A stretch of DNA of 38,826 nucleotides, from positions 1 through 38,826 of the forward strand of contig MU271392.1 of assembly GCA_021432655.1 (NCBI GenBank), in the 5' to 3' direction. This stretch comes from Atractiella rhizophila (Eukaryota). Position 1 is the first letter of the stretch; each line of letters begins with the position of its first letter. The position numbers and the translations under genes are program-made. The notes below the pieces were generated by a model, which saw nothing but the letters and a program-made list of their open reading frames with translations, searched no databases and had not been told where the DNA came from. Positions 11,601 to 23,457 of the stretch are shown here, piece by piece.

Positions 11601-12594
11601 CCCTCTCCGAGGAGGTGGTATTGAGCAGCAGAAGAAGGATAAGAAGACTGAGCCTGCCAAACCGATCCAGCTTTTTCATCCAGGTGGGTGACGTGTTGTG
11701 CTCCAATTTGATGAGTGGTCGACTGAGAGTTTGTTGATCACAAGATTGCATTTGGCCAATAGTCGGCCATCAAGTGTGGTTCATGGAACTCATGCGACGC
11801 GTCTTCAGCCACACGCTTCTGGGGACAGGAGCAGACCAAAAGGAGAAAGTGAAGTATGCTCGTACGTTCTCTTCACCTTCAAGTCACCCGACGCGCTCAT
11901 CGGGATGGAAAGAATACGATAAGCCTGGAGATCACTTTTTGCTGTTTCATCCTCTCCCACGAGCGCTCATCATGCAACTGATCACCCACTTCGCATCCTT
12001 CGATGCTTTCCTCACTAACCGCCCAAATTCGCCTGCCAACACTGATGGGGGCGATTACGCCAAACATGTACTCGCCGATCACGCGCATGCGATCGGCTTA
12101 CACTTGCCTTCGATCCTCGATCAGCTGAAGAATCACCTAGGACCGCGAATCGATGAGGCTTGGAAGAGTATGTTCTTCCGTGTTTCTTCCATACCAATGC
12201 ATTGATAGACTATGTGATAGCGGTCTTCGGAGAGAAGACGGTTCAAGCGCAGAGCGAAGCACTTCAAACCCTTGTCATCCCTCCCGCGGTGTCAAAAATC
12301 GCCTTGAAAGAAGCGCTGGTCAAGCTGGCGAACACATTCATCATGTGGGAGTCACCCTTCTACGCCGCATCTCAAGCGGAAAAGAATAAAGCAGGCGAAA
12401 AAAACAAGGTCAAGATTGATTGCTTCACCAAATCGAAAATTCTCTCGAGTGACGCTCCGCTATCCATGTGTCGACGGTGTAGGGGATTTGTGGAAGAGAA
12501 TTTCGCGAGTCGGTGGATGGGACTGGAGTGGTCCAAGAGGTGCTTTTGCGGTGGAGATCGTTGGATGATTGCGAACAAGACGCAAAATGCCTAG
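8644..12594 (+). CDS. MED16: Mediator tail subunit 16 (Sin4)-like, multi-exon
   Basis: Long spliced gene with a beta-rich N-terminus and a helical middle. It ends in the Med16-type Zn ribbon CRRC...RWMGLEWSKRCFCGGDRW. Several GT-AG introns link ORFs 8644-9369, 9391-10746, 11203-11691, 11774-12205 and 12160-12594. Confidence 0.7.
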
Positions 12595-12600
12595 TGCCAA

Positions 12601-12634
12601 ATACGTGACAGAGGGTGATACGTGACAGAGGGTG
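12601..12634. repeat. Perfect 17-bp tandem duplication ATACGTGACAGAGGGTG x2
   Basis: Read directly; it begins 7 nt after the MED16 stop codon. Confidence 0.9.
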
Positions 12635-13467
12635 TTCTTTTGTCACCTCCTCATAACTGTTGCCGGGAATGTCAAGCACTTTGACATCTACAAGCAACAT
12701 ATTCCAATGTGTGGCATAATCCGATAATTCAAAGGTGACAATATCAGGTTGCCTTTGTTCAGAGAGCAGTTTGAGTCCGATCACGTGATGATGTTCGCTA
12801 TTCCACCCATTCATTTCAAAGCTACATTTGGAGGACCTCCATACTCAACATCAGGCGAGCAGCATGCTTTTCACGGCTGGGGAGCCAATAGTGTTTCTTC
12901 TTCACACGGTTGCACCAACCTGGACCAGCCTGCACCATGCCTGGCAATTCACTTTCAGCACCGCGCTGCTAGTGCACAAGTCGACCGCCAGTGGCAATAC
13001 CAAAGCCGGAACTCTTATGTGCCAAAAAAGGATTGAAATTTATGAAACACGACCCATTTGCCAAAGAGAACATGAGCAAACCGCATTTCCCTTCATGAAT
13101 TGCTTCAGCCAGCCCCGCAAAACTGTGCTCCTCTGCAAACAACCGCAAAGCTTTCTCACACGTCCATTTCGACGCGTCCAACCTTTCTTTCTGATCGAGT
13201 TTTTCTTTGACCAATGGGACGTTCTGGAATGGTGGCGCGAGATGGAATCTTTCTTACAGGCGGCCGGGTTCTTCTCGCGTACGCTCTTGCCGCCGCTGAC
13301 AAATTGAGTTTCAGCTGATCAGCTTTTTAAGGGAGCAGCTGCTTCAGAAACGCCCTCTCCAATACTTACTCTCTTAGAGATAATACATAGACACCTTAGA
13401 CATTGTACGTCGATTGTCAAGAGCCACATGGAAATTTTCAGCTCAAGATTTTGATGGGAACAGAGAA

Positions 13468-14657
13468 ATGGCAGCTCGATTCGCCTCCTCCCTTCCTCGC
13501 GCCGTCGCTCCTGCAATCCGTAGACAAATTGCCACTTCATCCCCCTCTCGCTTCTACTCTTCCTCCTCCAGATCCAGCGAGTCAAAGTCATATGGCAGGA
13601 CGTACGCTTACGGCGGTGCTGGTGCTGGAGGACTTGCCTTGAGCGCGGGACTCTTCTCTTGGTTCTCTGGCGAAAAGAAGAACGATATAGATTATCAGGA
13701 GGTTTACAACGCCATCGCAGAGAGTACGTTACCATTCCGTACTTTGTTGCACCTTTTCGCGTATTACAAGGAGGATTTTGGCTAATCTCTTTACTTCAAT
13801 CGGTTGCCAGTCCTCGAATCGGAATCTTATGACGATGGATCCTACGGACCTGTCTTGTTGCGCCTAGCATGGCACTGTTCCGGTACATACGACAAAGAGA
13901 GCAAGACTGGTGGCTCCAACTACGCGACGATGCGATTCTCGTCCGAAGGAGGTCACGGAGCTAATGCTGGCCTCGTTGTCGCGCGCAATCTGCTCGAGCC
14001 AATCCATAAGAAGTACCCGAACATCTCTTATGGTGACCTTTGGACTTTGGCTGGTGTGTGCGCCATCCAAGAGATGGGAGGGCCTATCGTTCCCTGGCGT
14101 CCTGGACGGGTCGATGGATTCGAAATCAACCAAACTCCCGACGGAAGGCTGCCCGATGGCGATAAGGGTGCTCCGCACGTTAGGGACATCTTCTATCGGA
14201 TGGGATTCAACGATCAAGAGATAGTCGCTCTTATTGGTGCTCATGCTCTCGGAAGGTGTCATAAGGACAGGAGCGGATTTGATGGACCTTGGACTTTCTC
14301 TCCCACAACTTTCACCAACGACTTCTACAAGCTGTTGAAAGATGAGAAGTGGACTGAGAGGAAGTGGAACGGACCTCCCCAGTTTGAGGATGCTAAGACC
14401 AGGACTCTAATGTACCTTTTTTTGATTGATCTCCTTCGAAGGAACTGACATGTCGATGTGCTAATAGGATGTTGAGAACTGATGTCGCAATGGTCACTGA
14501 CCCCAATTTCAAGAAGTACGCGGCCCTCTATGCTGATAACGAGAAGGCATTCTTCGACGATTTTTCGAAAGCTTTTGGCAAATTGATCGAGCTTGGAGTA
14601 CCAGAACAGAACTTTAAGAGCGGCTACATGAAATTGAAGAAGACTGAAGAGCAGTAG
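13468..14657 (+). CDS. CCP1: Mitochondrial cytochrome c peroxidase (class I heme peroxidase), 3 exons
   Basis: Arg/Ser-rich presequence [20 protein letters not shown]. Distal RLAWH, proximal GAHALG, radical Trp in GPWT, and MMLRTD. Exons 13468-13723, 13811-14411 and 14468-14657. Confidence 0.95.
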
Positions 14658-14988
14658 ATTGTTTTGGTGTGGCCCATAAACGGCTACTGATCCCCGCTCA
14701 ATGTTTCTTTGGCTGGGTTTTTTTTTTCGATACCCTTTATAAGTTATCAACATGCAATTGTAACCGTCGCTCTCTCACAATATCCGTCCGAACAAACACA
14801 GCACGTTCAGGTTTTCAATGTTAGTCCGCAACTGCCTTTGTCCTTGCCCTTGCCGACCTCACCATTATTACACGGATACGTCCCACATACTACAGGCTAG
14901 ATGATTGAAATTGCAGGGCATGACAACTTGAAGACAGGCTAATGATGCACATCACACTTTTAACGTACAAGGTTTGGGGAGATTGGAT

Positions 14989-16091
14989 CTACAAGTTACT
15001 ACGAGGTTTTCTCTGGATCATCCTCGTCCAAAATCTCAGTAATGCGTGGTTGAGGTACCTCTTCCTTCTTCTCTGTCTGGATCCTGAACTGGATGCGTCT
15101 TGGGAAGCTTTCCCTCGGTTAAACATGCCCTCTGTCATCATATTTCATCAGTGCACCACAATTCACGAAAGAGGTGAGAAACGGAGACGAACGGAATTGA
15201 GCACGGTCGCGAGAGATTCGTGCTTTTTCGTCCTTATCGAGTTTCGCTAGAGCTTGTTGGACGGCCGAATCTGTAGCAAGCATTCTCGGTTTAGATGAGA
15301 ACAGTAGGGTAAGTAGAATACACACCATCTTGATTCTTTTGCAGGTCTTCAAGAATCTGGCGTCCGCGCGTAACTTCCCCCAATGCTATCCTCGCCTGTG
15401 CTTCACGAAAAAGTGCCTTGGAGTTTGTAGAATCGGAAGCCGTAGCCTAACCCATCCCGTCGATGGCGCGTTGGCTTTGGACTGCAGACTGCACACACGA
15501 ACGGACGTACGTTTTGGGCAAACTCCAAGGCCTTCTTCCAATTCTCCGCTTTGATATGACATGCAGCCATATTCCTTTGGGGAAGAGTGACTCTGTAAAC
15601 CATTGTAGATGAAAGGGGGACTCACGTGTAAACGAGACCCATGTTCCTCTTTATCTCCTTTGTCAAATTCTCCCCTTCCTCTGCCAACTTCTCTTCTGGC
15701 GTCTTATCTTTTTCTTCCTTCCCTGCAGCCTCTTGCTCAATCTTCTTCGACTCCTCCTCAGTCACTTCTTTCAATCCCGACTTCTCAGAGGTTACGGGCT
15801 TGGAAGGATGAGGGAATTGCTGAAGGATGGATTGATCGAGTCCTTTGAGGAAGAGAAGAGCTTCGTAGTACTTCGCAAGCGCAGCTTTGGTGTCTCCGGT
15901 CTTGAACTTGTTGTTACCTTTGCCATCCATCGATTAACGCGCGAAAATCGCGAGGTTTCAGATATACCTTCTTCCCTCAGCTTCTGAGCCTGCGCCAGCT
16001 TCTCCTACTCTCAAACCAGTTTCAACTTTCGCGATCTTTAGAACGTGGAAACACTGACGTGAATAGCTTTCCTACCAGGTGTCATATCCAT
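14989..16091 (-). CDS. Small TPR-repeat protein (TTC9/immunophilin-TPR-like), multi-exon
   Basis: Spliced model: MDMTPGRKAIH|EKLAQAQKLREEG|NNKFKTGDTKAALAKYYEALLFL...NMAACHIKAENWKKALEFAQN...DSAVQQALAKLDKDEK...FQGMF. This is a carboxylate-clamp-style TPR pattern. The last exon frame is uncertain. Confidence 0.75.
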
Positions 16092-16467
16092 TGCTGCAAG
16101 GTACCACCAACGAAATCTTTCACGTCGTCCTTTCAAAGCTGCCTTTGGCTTTGTCGGTCGGAACCGAGACTTCTGCGCGCGCAAGATTCAGCTAACAGCG
16201 AAGCACGAAGCAAACTGTCACTCCGCCAAAACCTCACGAATCATCCCCCGCCCCTCCCTCAGAATCCTTTCCAAAGGTCTGACCTTGTCTTCATACCGTG
16301 TTATTTACCTATAAGTTTACGATTTTTCAAGAACTTTGCTTGTTCTTGGCTCGTTTTGTCGCCGTACCAATTTCGAAATCATTGCCACTTCCTCTTTCTT
16401 CGAGGCCGGTTCAGAAGTCGCATCTCTAGATAGATAACGACTTCCAAGTGATTTATTGCGATTCGAA

Positions 16468-17315
16468 ATGATCATGATGGCCAATCGGGAGTTCAAAATT
16501 GTCATCCTCGGTGGTCTGCTTCTTTCTTTGCTTCGGCCGAACTTGCAGCTGAACGGAAGCACCCTATGCAGGTGGAGGGGTTGGCAAGAGTGCATTGACC
16601 ATTCGATTCTGCCACGGCACTTTCGGTGAGCTTTTTCTCCAAATATCTTGCTTCCTCCGCTAATAACCGTTGCTGCAGTCGAGAAATACGACCCGACGAT
16701 CGAGGACTCGTATAAGAAGTCCATGATCGTGGATGGCGTACAATGTCAGTGCGAGATTCTCGATACTGCTGGCACAGAGCAGGTTTGTAGTGCTACTTTG
16801 GTCTGAACGGAGCCTCCCCACTCTGACCCATCTTGCAGTTTCTTGCCCTTCATACTCTGTACATGAAGTCAGGAGACGGATTTGTCCTTGTTTTTGCTTT
16901 AAACTCGATGGACAGCATCAAAGAATTACAGCCGATACGAGAGAACATCCTACGGCAGAAGGATAACCTTGGGATTGAAAAGGCGAGCCCTCATTCATTT
17001 CGGTATACCTTTTTCTCCGAGTGCTGACGCCTTCTGTTTACACAGTCCAAAGTGCCCTTCGTCCTCATTGGAAACAAATGTGATCTTGTCGCAGAGCGGA
17101 CGGTTCAGCGAGAAGTCGGTGTCGCTCTTTCCCGGCTGTGGGGTGGAGTTCCCTACTACGAGGCATCGGCCAGGAGGGAGATCAACGTCAACGCTCTCTT
17201 CGAGGATATTGTACGCCAGGTCGTCAAGTTGGATCAAGAGGCAAATCCGCAGAGCAATTACAACGCCCCTAGCAAAAGGAGGAAAAGGGCTAAGGCCTCC
17301 TGCGTCATCATTTAA
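16468..17315 (+). CDS. RSR1: Rap1/Rsr1(Bud1)-type Ras GTPase, 5 exons
   Basis: [25 protein letters not shown] (Thr at the Ras Q61 position, a Rap/Rsr1 hallmark), GNKCD, EASA, polybasic KRRKRAK and CAAX CVII. The start could be any of the ATGs at 16468, 16474 or 16477. Confidence 0.88.
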
Positions 17316-18429
17316 ACTTAGACCGCTCTCATCTTCCAGTTCCCGCCCCACCCTCCACGTTTCTCCATCAGTTCACTGCCGTACACCTTTCCTTCACAAC
17401 GCTACCATAACCCTTTTGTCTCCACGACCCAACGAACAACGACTCTGACGATCCCTCGACAGCGACCCACTTCATGAAATCGAACTCGCAAATTCAAACG
17501 CCTGTCTTTGACTTTCGTAGTATTCTTCTCTGTGGACTCGCTACGTCTAAATACCCGCTTCGGTTTCTCCCTGAAAACGATCGGTTGATAACTGCAAGAT
17601 GCAACCGAGTCGCCTTTCAGCTTGGATTTTAAGTCTGGAATTGGGCACCGCGCCGCCCAATGATACCCTCTCTCTTCGATACTTGTGTTCAGGACAAACC
17701 CCTTTCATTCGTTTTCTCTCAAGAGACGAAACGAGGCCGTCTTCAAGGCTGTGAAAGGAACAAAACCATACAAAAAAATAGAGTCTGTGTTCCTTGTCAA
17801 TATACCTCTATATCCCCTTGTCATGTTCTTATCTGTTAGCTGTTCCTCTCTATTCTTTTGGGAACTCGGTTGACATTTCTCTTTCTCGGGCACAATCTTA
17901 TCAGGATCTTCCGTCTGTACCTCATGCCATGCCATCCAGTCGCTTGCCGTTGCTTGACTTCACTTCTTCGCCACCTTCTTGCGCTCAATTATAGATGTTC
18001 TCTTCTTCAGGATATCTTCTCGTTTCCCAGCCTCCTTTTCTATTTTGCCATGGCACGGCCGTTCTTCGAACTGTTTAACCAAAAAAGGAGTCGTCTAGAC
18101 CGCAATCAACTTCAATCCAGTTTCAATTTTCGTCGTTCTTCTTTTAACTTGTTTATTTTCAGTGCTTTCGTCTGTGATGAGGCTAAGAGGCTGGTCAGTG
18201 CCTTTCGTTTCCTTCCGTCAACCAATCAGAACAATCAAATCAACCAATTCTGTGAGTCCCGATTCCAGTGTGCGTTGTTCATATTTAGTTGGGATAGAAG
18301 TTGAAGACAATTTTGCTCTTTCTTCTCACAAGTGGTCTCGGGTTTCTTTGATGCTTCTTCTTTCCTCAGTCGTGCCCTAACAGTGTTCAATTATCTTGTG
18401 TTATTAACAAATGCATTCTTTGGTCCCCA

Positions 18430-20996
18430 TCATCCGCTTGCATTGCTTGAAGACTCCGAATTAGCGCCAAGCAGCATCATGACTTCCTCAGGGCTTCGAA
18501 CCATCACCGTTGACCGGAACTCGTACTTATTCTGCGGTTGCATGACTGCAGCATGTGTTCTCGCGTAAGCTTGAACCACTCGTTCCAGCGCAGAGTGATG
18601 AATCGAAGAAGCGATTTTCCTGGAGAACAGAAGGCCAAGGCGGGACGATGACAGGGTGTCAACAGTCGAAAGGAAGTTGTCAAAGGTCTTGACTGCTTGT
18701 TGCAGTGCTTTCGGGGACGCTTCCTCGGTGAGAGAAAGGGGAATCTACGGAGCATTAACCCATGATCGCAGGGGAAGATGTAAAATAAACGGCATACGTC
18801 TTCCTTTTTCTCTTCTAGGGCAGAGATGATAAGTGCTAATCCACATTCTTTTAAAAGAAGTCGATACTATGTCCCATCGTAAGGATCATATTCCGAGTGA
18901 AACGGTAGAGACTTCTTACATGCTCGGTAGTCAGTACATTGACGTGTCCCTCAACATCAGCTTCTAAAGACCTAATCTTGGCAGCTGCAAATTGGAATGG
19001 TTGCAAAATGGACTGTCGCGTCGTTAGCATAGTCTCCATCCGACACAATTGAGCCACACCTGAATAAACCCTAAACAATTGATCAAGAACACTTTCCCAG
19101 TAGACAACTCATTCATCCCCTTTTTCCCCTCTGCATCCTTCAAGACCGCCATTTTTTCGCACATAGAGATCGCTGGTTCTAAGCCTTCCTTCAAGACGCG
19201 GTCAAACTCTTGGTTGGATTCTGAATCCTCCTCATCATTGACGAGCGAGGACGAAAACACCTTCATGATCTCCCTAAGTGTAGACACGTGCTCCCTGAGC
19301 AATTGTGGCGGAGAGAGATCAGCGGCTGGTGGTTGGATAAAGCGGAGGAGAGAGCGGCCCTCAGACTCGAGGGAGTCGAAGAAAACTTTGTAGGCGGTAT
19401 CAGTTATTCTATTCAAGGGGTCCGTCAGCAATCGTGGATCAGGAATGATAGGATTTGAGAGTAGATGGCGCGAGAAACCAACTCAGTCAGGACTTTTGAG
19501 ATGTTAGAATCTTCGCCCATCGTTTTACGCATTGTAATCTGGTAGAAGTGGAGGAGGGTGGCAATCCGATAGGTCATGATGCTCCCTTCCTGAGATTTGA
19601 TAGTCTGTAGCACTCGAATCTTGTTGGCCCTCTATTAGCAACTATGTCATACCAGAGAGAAGAAGGGATTTACTTTCAGAGGCCGGGTGCAACCCTCCAT
19701 AGCTTTGTCTACGAGATCTCTAACCATTTTCTCGTCCTCTTCTACAACTTTTCTCTCCTGCCCGACCCAGCGTCCACCTTGATTCTCTCTCAATGCAAAG
19801 AGCGCCTCGAGGAACTCGCGCTCCCCAGCCATACTTTGGTGAAACCAAGCAAGCATGTCACCTATGTATCGGAGCGGATCGTGGGCGTGCAACTCGATGG
19901 GCCGAACACCACTGACTGATGAGGACGAGGTGGAAGAGAGGGATTGCTGGAACAGGGATAGGAGGGAGGTGGAGCGGGCACCGCCAAGAAGATTCAAAAA
20001 CTCCCTGAGCAGTCATATGGATGTGAACATGATGTTGAGATTGTAAAGACAGAAGCTTACTTGAACTGCTCTTCCCGTGGTCGAAGTCGTCGGATAGCTT
20101 CGCGCATGACGTTTCCCACATCCAGAGCTCCGATCTCCTTCGTGTTCGTAAAAGTCGTACGACATTCGAGAGTGAGCCATTTATGGATTTTGGTATATCC
20201 CGCTTCCATATGTGTAGATGTATACGCCAGGATCTCATAGCTATAATACCAATCACGTCAGGCAGGATGTTAGAAGCCAGCGCTCACCCCGCACGGGTAC
20301 TGTCCCCTTCCCCAGCTAGAAGGGTAGAACAGTCTTTACGTATCCGCTCACACTTGTCTAATGCCTTGAAAAGCTCTTTTCCAACTTTTATGTCCCGTGA
20401 ATTGAGGATGCGCACTTCTTTCGGTGTAAAGGTGAAGCGGGAGAGAAATAGGTTGGTGAGAAGAAGTTGGTGCTCGGTTGTTGCTCTAGCGTGTACACAA
20501 ACATGCCGTCAGCTTCGATGATCATTGCTTCGAGATAGGGATGGAGAGACATACCGCTCGTTCCGTAGACTGTCCGCATGTTGCAGGAGATACTTTGCGC
20601 TCTCCGTTGCGGAGGAGAGCTGGTCTTCCATTTCGTCACATTGTGTTCTCATGTCCTTAATTTGGTCCTCAAGCTCGTCTAATTTCTACTCACCACTCGT
20701 CAGTTTCATGTCCTCCTGGATGAAGGAATCTGCACCTCATTGACCCTTTTGAAGCTCTTCAAGAACTTCTTCCCATTCTCAATTTTTCGATTCTCCACCT
20801 CTCTCGTAAGATTTGATGGGCCTCCGCCATGCCTGTTCTCTGAAGCATAGAGTAGTCCAAGGTCGCTGACCGTCTCGAGGGCGAGTCGAAGCTTTGGATC
20901 TGAGTAGTTGGATGCGAGGATTTGGGAGACTTTTACAGAAAGCGGATTGCGGTACGAGGCTCCGTTACTGGAACTGGAGGCAATGGGTGTGGCCAT
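18430..20996 (-). CDS. COG6: Conserved oligomeric Golgi complex subunit 6, multi-exon
   Basis: N-terminal NPLSVKVSQIL; hallmark RPIELHAHDPLRYIGDMLAWFHQSMAGEREFLEALF; C-terminal exon ...QNKYEFRSTVMVRSPEEVMMLLG...SG* ending at 18430. Confidence 0.92.
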
Positions 20997-21366
20997 TATA
21001 TCCTGGAGCTGGGGCTGCGTGGCCAGATGGTCGGGTTTCTGCACATCTCAAAAGTTGAGTCACGTGAAGAATGCCCCCCCACCGTTATTCATACATTCAT
21101 ACATTGCTTCTTAGGCTCTTAATAAGGAACCATGTTCAACCCAGTATTAGCTACGTAGAAGGGTTATCTGAGATTTCGCAATAAGTTGCCCTGTTAGCAC
21201 TTTGGTTTAATGTTGCAAGCGAGATCTATGGAACATGGGCTCATATTGAATGTTGCACTACGCCATCAGACATTCAAGCTCTCAGGGTTAATGTTCCGAG
21301 TTATCTCCTTTTTTGTTCTCATCGTTTGGCCCTGATACCATACCTGCAGGAGTGCAAACCGCCGAC

Positions 21367-23076
21367 TCAGAGTCTTGCCCTTCCACCGTCAAACCACCAT
21401 GCGACAGCCAATCCCTTCTTCTGCCCATCCATCTCTGTGCTCAACATCTTCCCCACACGTGGATCGTTCCTATCCAAGCTATCAAGCAAAATAGGGAGCA
21501 AGGGAGCAGGCACGGCGGGGAGGAGGTCGATGAGCAGGTCTGGAGTCTTCGATGGGGATTCGGATTGGAGGATGCGGTAGAGACAGAGGGAGGAGAGGGA
21601 ACCAGAGAGGACGGAGAGGGAGTGTATGGTGCGGAAGAGGGCGTTGGTGCGCGTTGGGGTGTCGATTTGCATCTGTACACATGTAAACATTTCTATGGTC
21701 AGACTCTGATGTGAATACGGAGAGGGTTGACGGACGGAAAGTAACAGGTCCACGTAATGCGTGCACACCTCTTCTATCAGCAAGAGGCGCGGCGCGGAAG
21801 GTACTTCGATTGTGGAAGCAAAGAAAGCGAGTAGCGCTTCATGTGCATTCTGGGGTACAGGTGTCGTTTGCGGGCCGAGGTTGCTGTTCCTCCCTTCTCA
21901 ATCGAAAGACCTTACATAAAGATAGGGAAAGACAGACGGAAGAATGTGATTGTATATCACATGCCTAATGTATCCACTTTCAAGCGTTGGGGACGGAACG
22001 AAAGCTTCAATCAATCTCAAAAAGAAAGCTTCTCCAGCTTCCGCATCCGGTCCTCTAGCTCCCCCCAGCGCATTCGCACCTGACGGTTCCAGGTCCTTCA
22101 ACAAAGCGTTGATATCGACCCTTTTCACGGCGGGTGAAGCGAGGTGCAGCAAAGTCGTTGCCATGCTGTCGATAAATTCGTTCCACTGCATGGTTGCCGG
22201 CAAGGCTCCGAGAAAACGTAGGGGGATCAGAATGGAGAGCGCGAGTTGGTGGTAGGAGGTTTGGGCAAAAGAGAGCGCGGCAGGGAGGGAGGAGAGAAGG
22301 TTCAGCAGGACGGTTTGGTGGGTCGGTGTTGGCTGGATGGGGAATGTGGAGAGTATGGACGGGAGAAGAGGGAGTAGAGGGGGGAGGAGACGGGATACAA
22401 ATTGCGCCTTTGTTCTTGTTAGGGGAGGTGGAGTGTAGAAGGTGAAGTACCAACCAGTAATGGAAGTTCAGGTGCCGGTGAGGGTGAGCTGAGCGACGTA
22501 CTGAGAGATGGAAGGAGCCAGTTGACTATTGCCTATAAGTTTCCGTCTTAGCTTTGTCGCAGTTCCAGAAAAATGACATACCTCATTTTCTAGAGGATCG
22601 TCCCAGTTTTGCCTCGTCAGTAAATCTTCCACCATCCCCACCACTCTGGCACATTCCAAAGCCTTCTCATCTCCACCACGGATCAGGATCAAGTCCCTCC
22701 TTAAGCGCTCCTCCACAGTCTTCCTCTCCACGACCACGCCCTCCATCTCCATTGCGTTCAACAGCGCAGCATGAAGGACCAACTCGTTCCGTTCGACAGC
22801 TACACATGCCCCAACGAGTTCAGCTATTCTCCAACGAAGCGAATACGAATATGGATGCTGGAGCTTGAGAGCTTTGATCCTCAGCGTGAGTCCGCGAGAT
22901 ATAGCGTGGAATATAGCCGGAAGTTGTTGGCTCTGGGAAAGCAATGGCAAAGCGTCGAAAAGCCCTGCGAGAGAGGCAAGAGGTAGCTGGTGAATGAGAT
23001 CGGTAAAGGTTGGGAGCAGGATAGCCGAGCGAGGGTCAGAGTGCAAGTCCGTTAGAAAGCTGAGGAGTGCGTCCAT
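21367..23076 (-). CDS. PEX8: Peroxin Pex8-like helical protein with a C-terminal PTS1 (-ARL)
   Basis: Leu-rich all-alpha sequence. The C-terminus LSTEMDGQKKGLAVAWWFDGGRARL* resembles the recalled fungal Pex8 tail (EMD...VAWW..GG) and ends in a canonical PTS1. Confidence 0.62.
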
Positions 23077-23457
23077 TGCGCGTGCCAGTCTGGTTAAGCT
23101 TCAGGCAGGTGTCAAGACACTCGTTCCAAGACTTCAAGCTTCAATGTTGAATGTCGTTGAAGTTGTTTAAGATGTGATCACGTGAATAAACTGTGAAAGG
23201 ATGTAGAATAAATAGCGTAAGCAAATTAGCGTAAGCGAATGCGAATGTTTGCTTGCAGTCGTCAACACATCGAGTTTACAAAAACAGCTGTTCACACAGA
23301 GAAAAGGCTGGAAATAGCGAGAAGAATTATACCACTCGAAATACAGAAGGAGGAGAGGTAACAATCACGAGTTGTTGACCATTCTAATTTGCATTTGCAT
23401 TTCTTTCTAATCCAACCATTTCAGGAATTCTACATCTTGAAAGGGAAAAACAGCGCA

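Noticed and set aside
12749..13307. Protein gene in the MED16-CCP1 spacer
   Set aside because: Short ORFs occur on both strands with no recognisable motif or consistent splice model; at most a relic.
18504..18755. Separate 83-aa minus-strand gene
   Set aside because: It is an alternate frame of the terminal COG6 exon.
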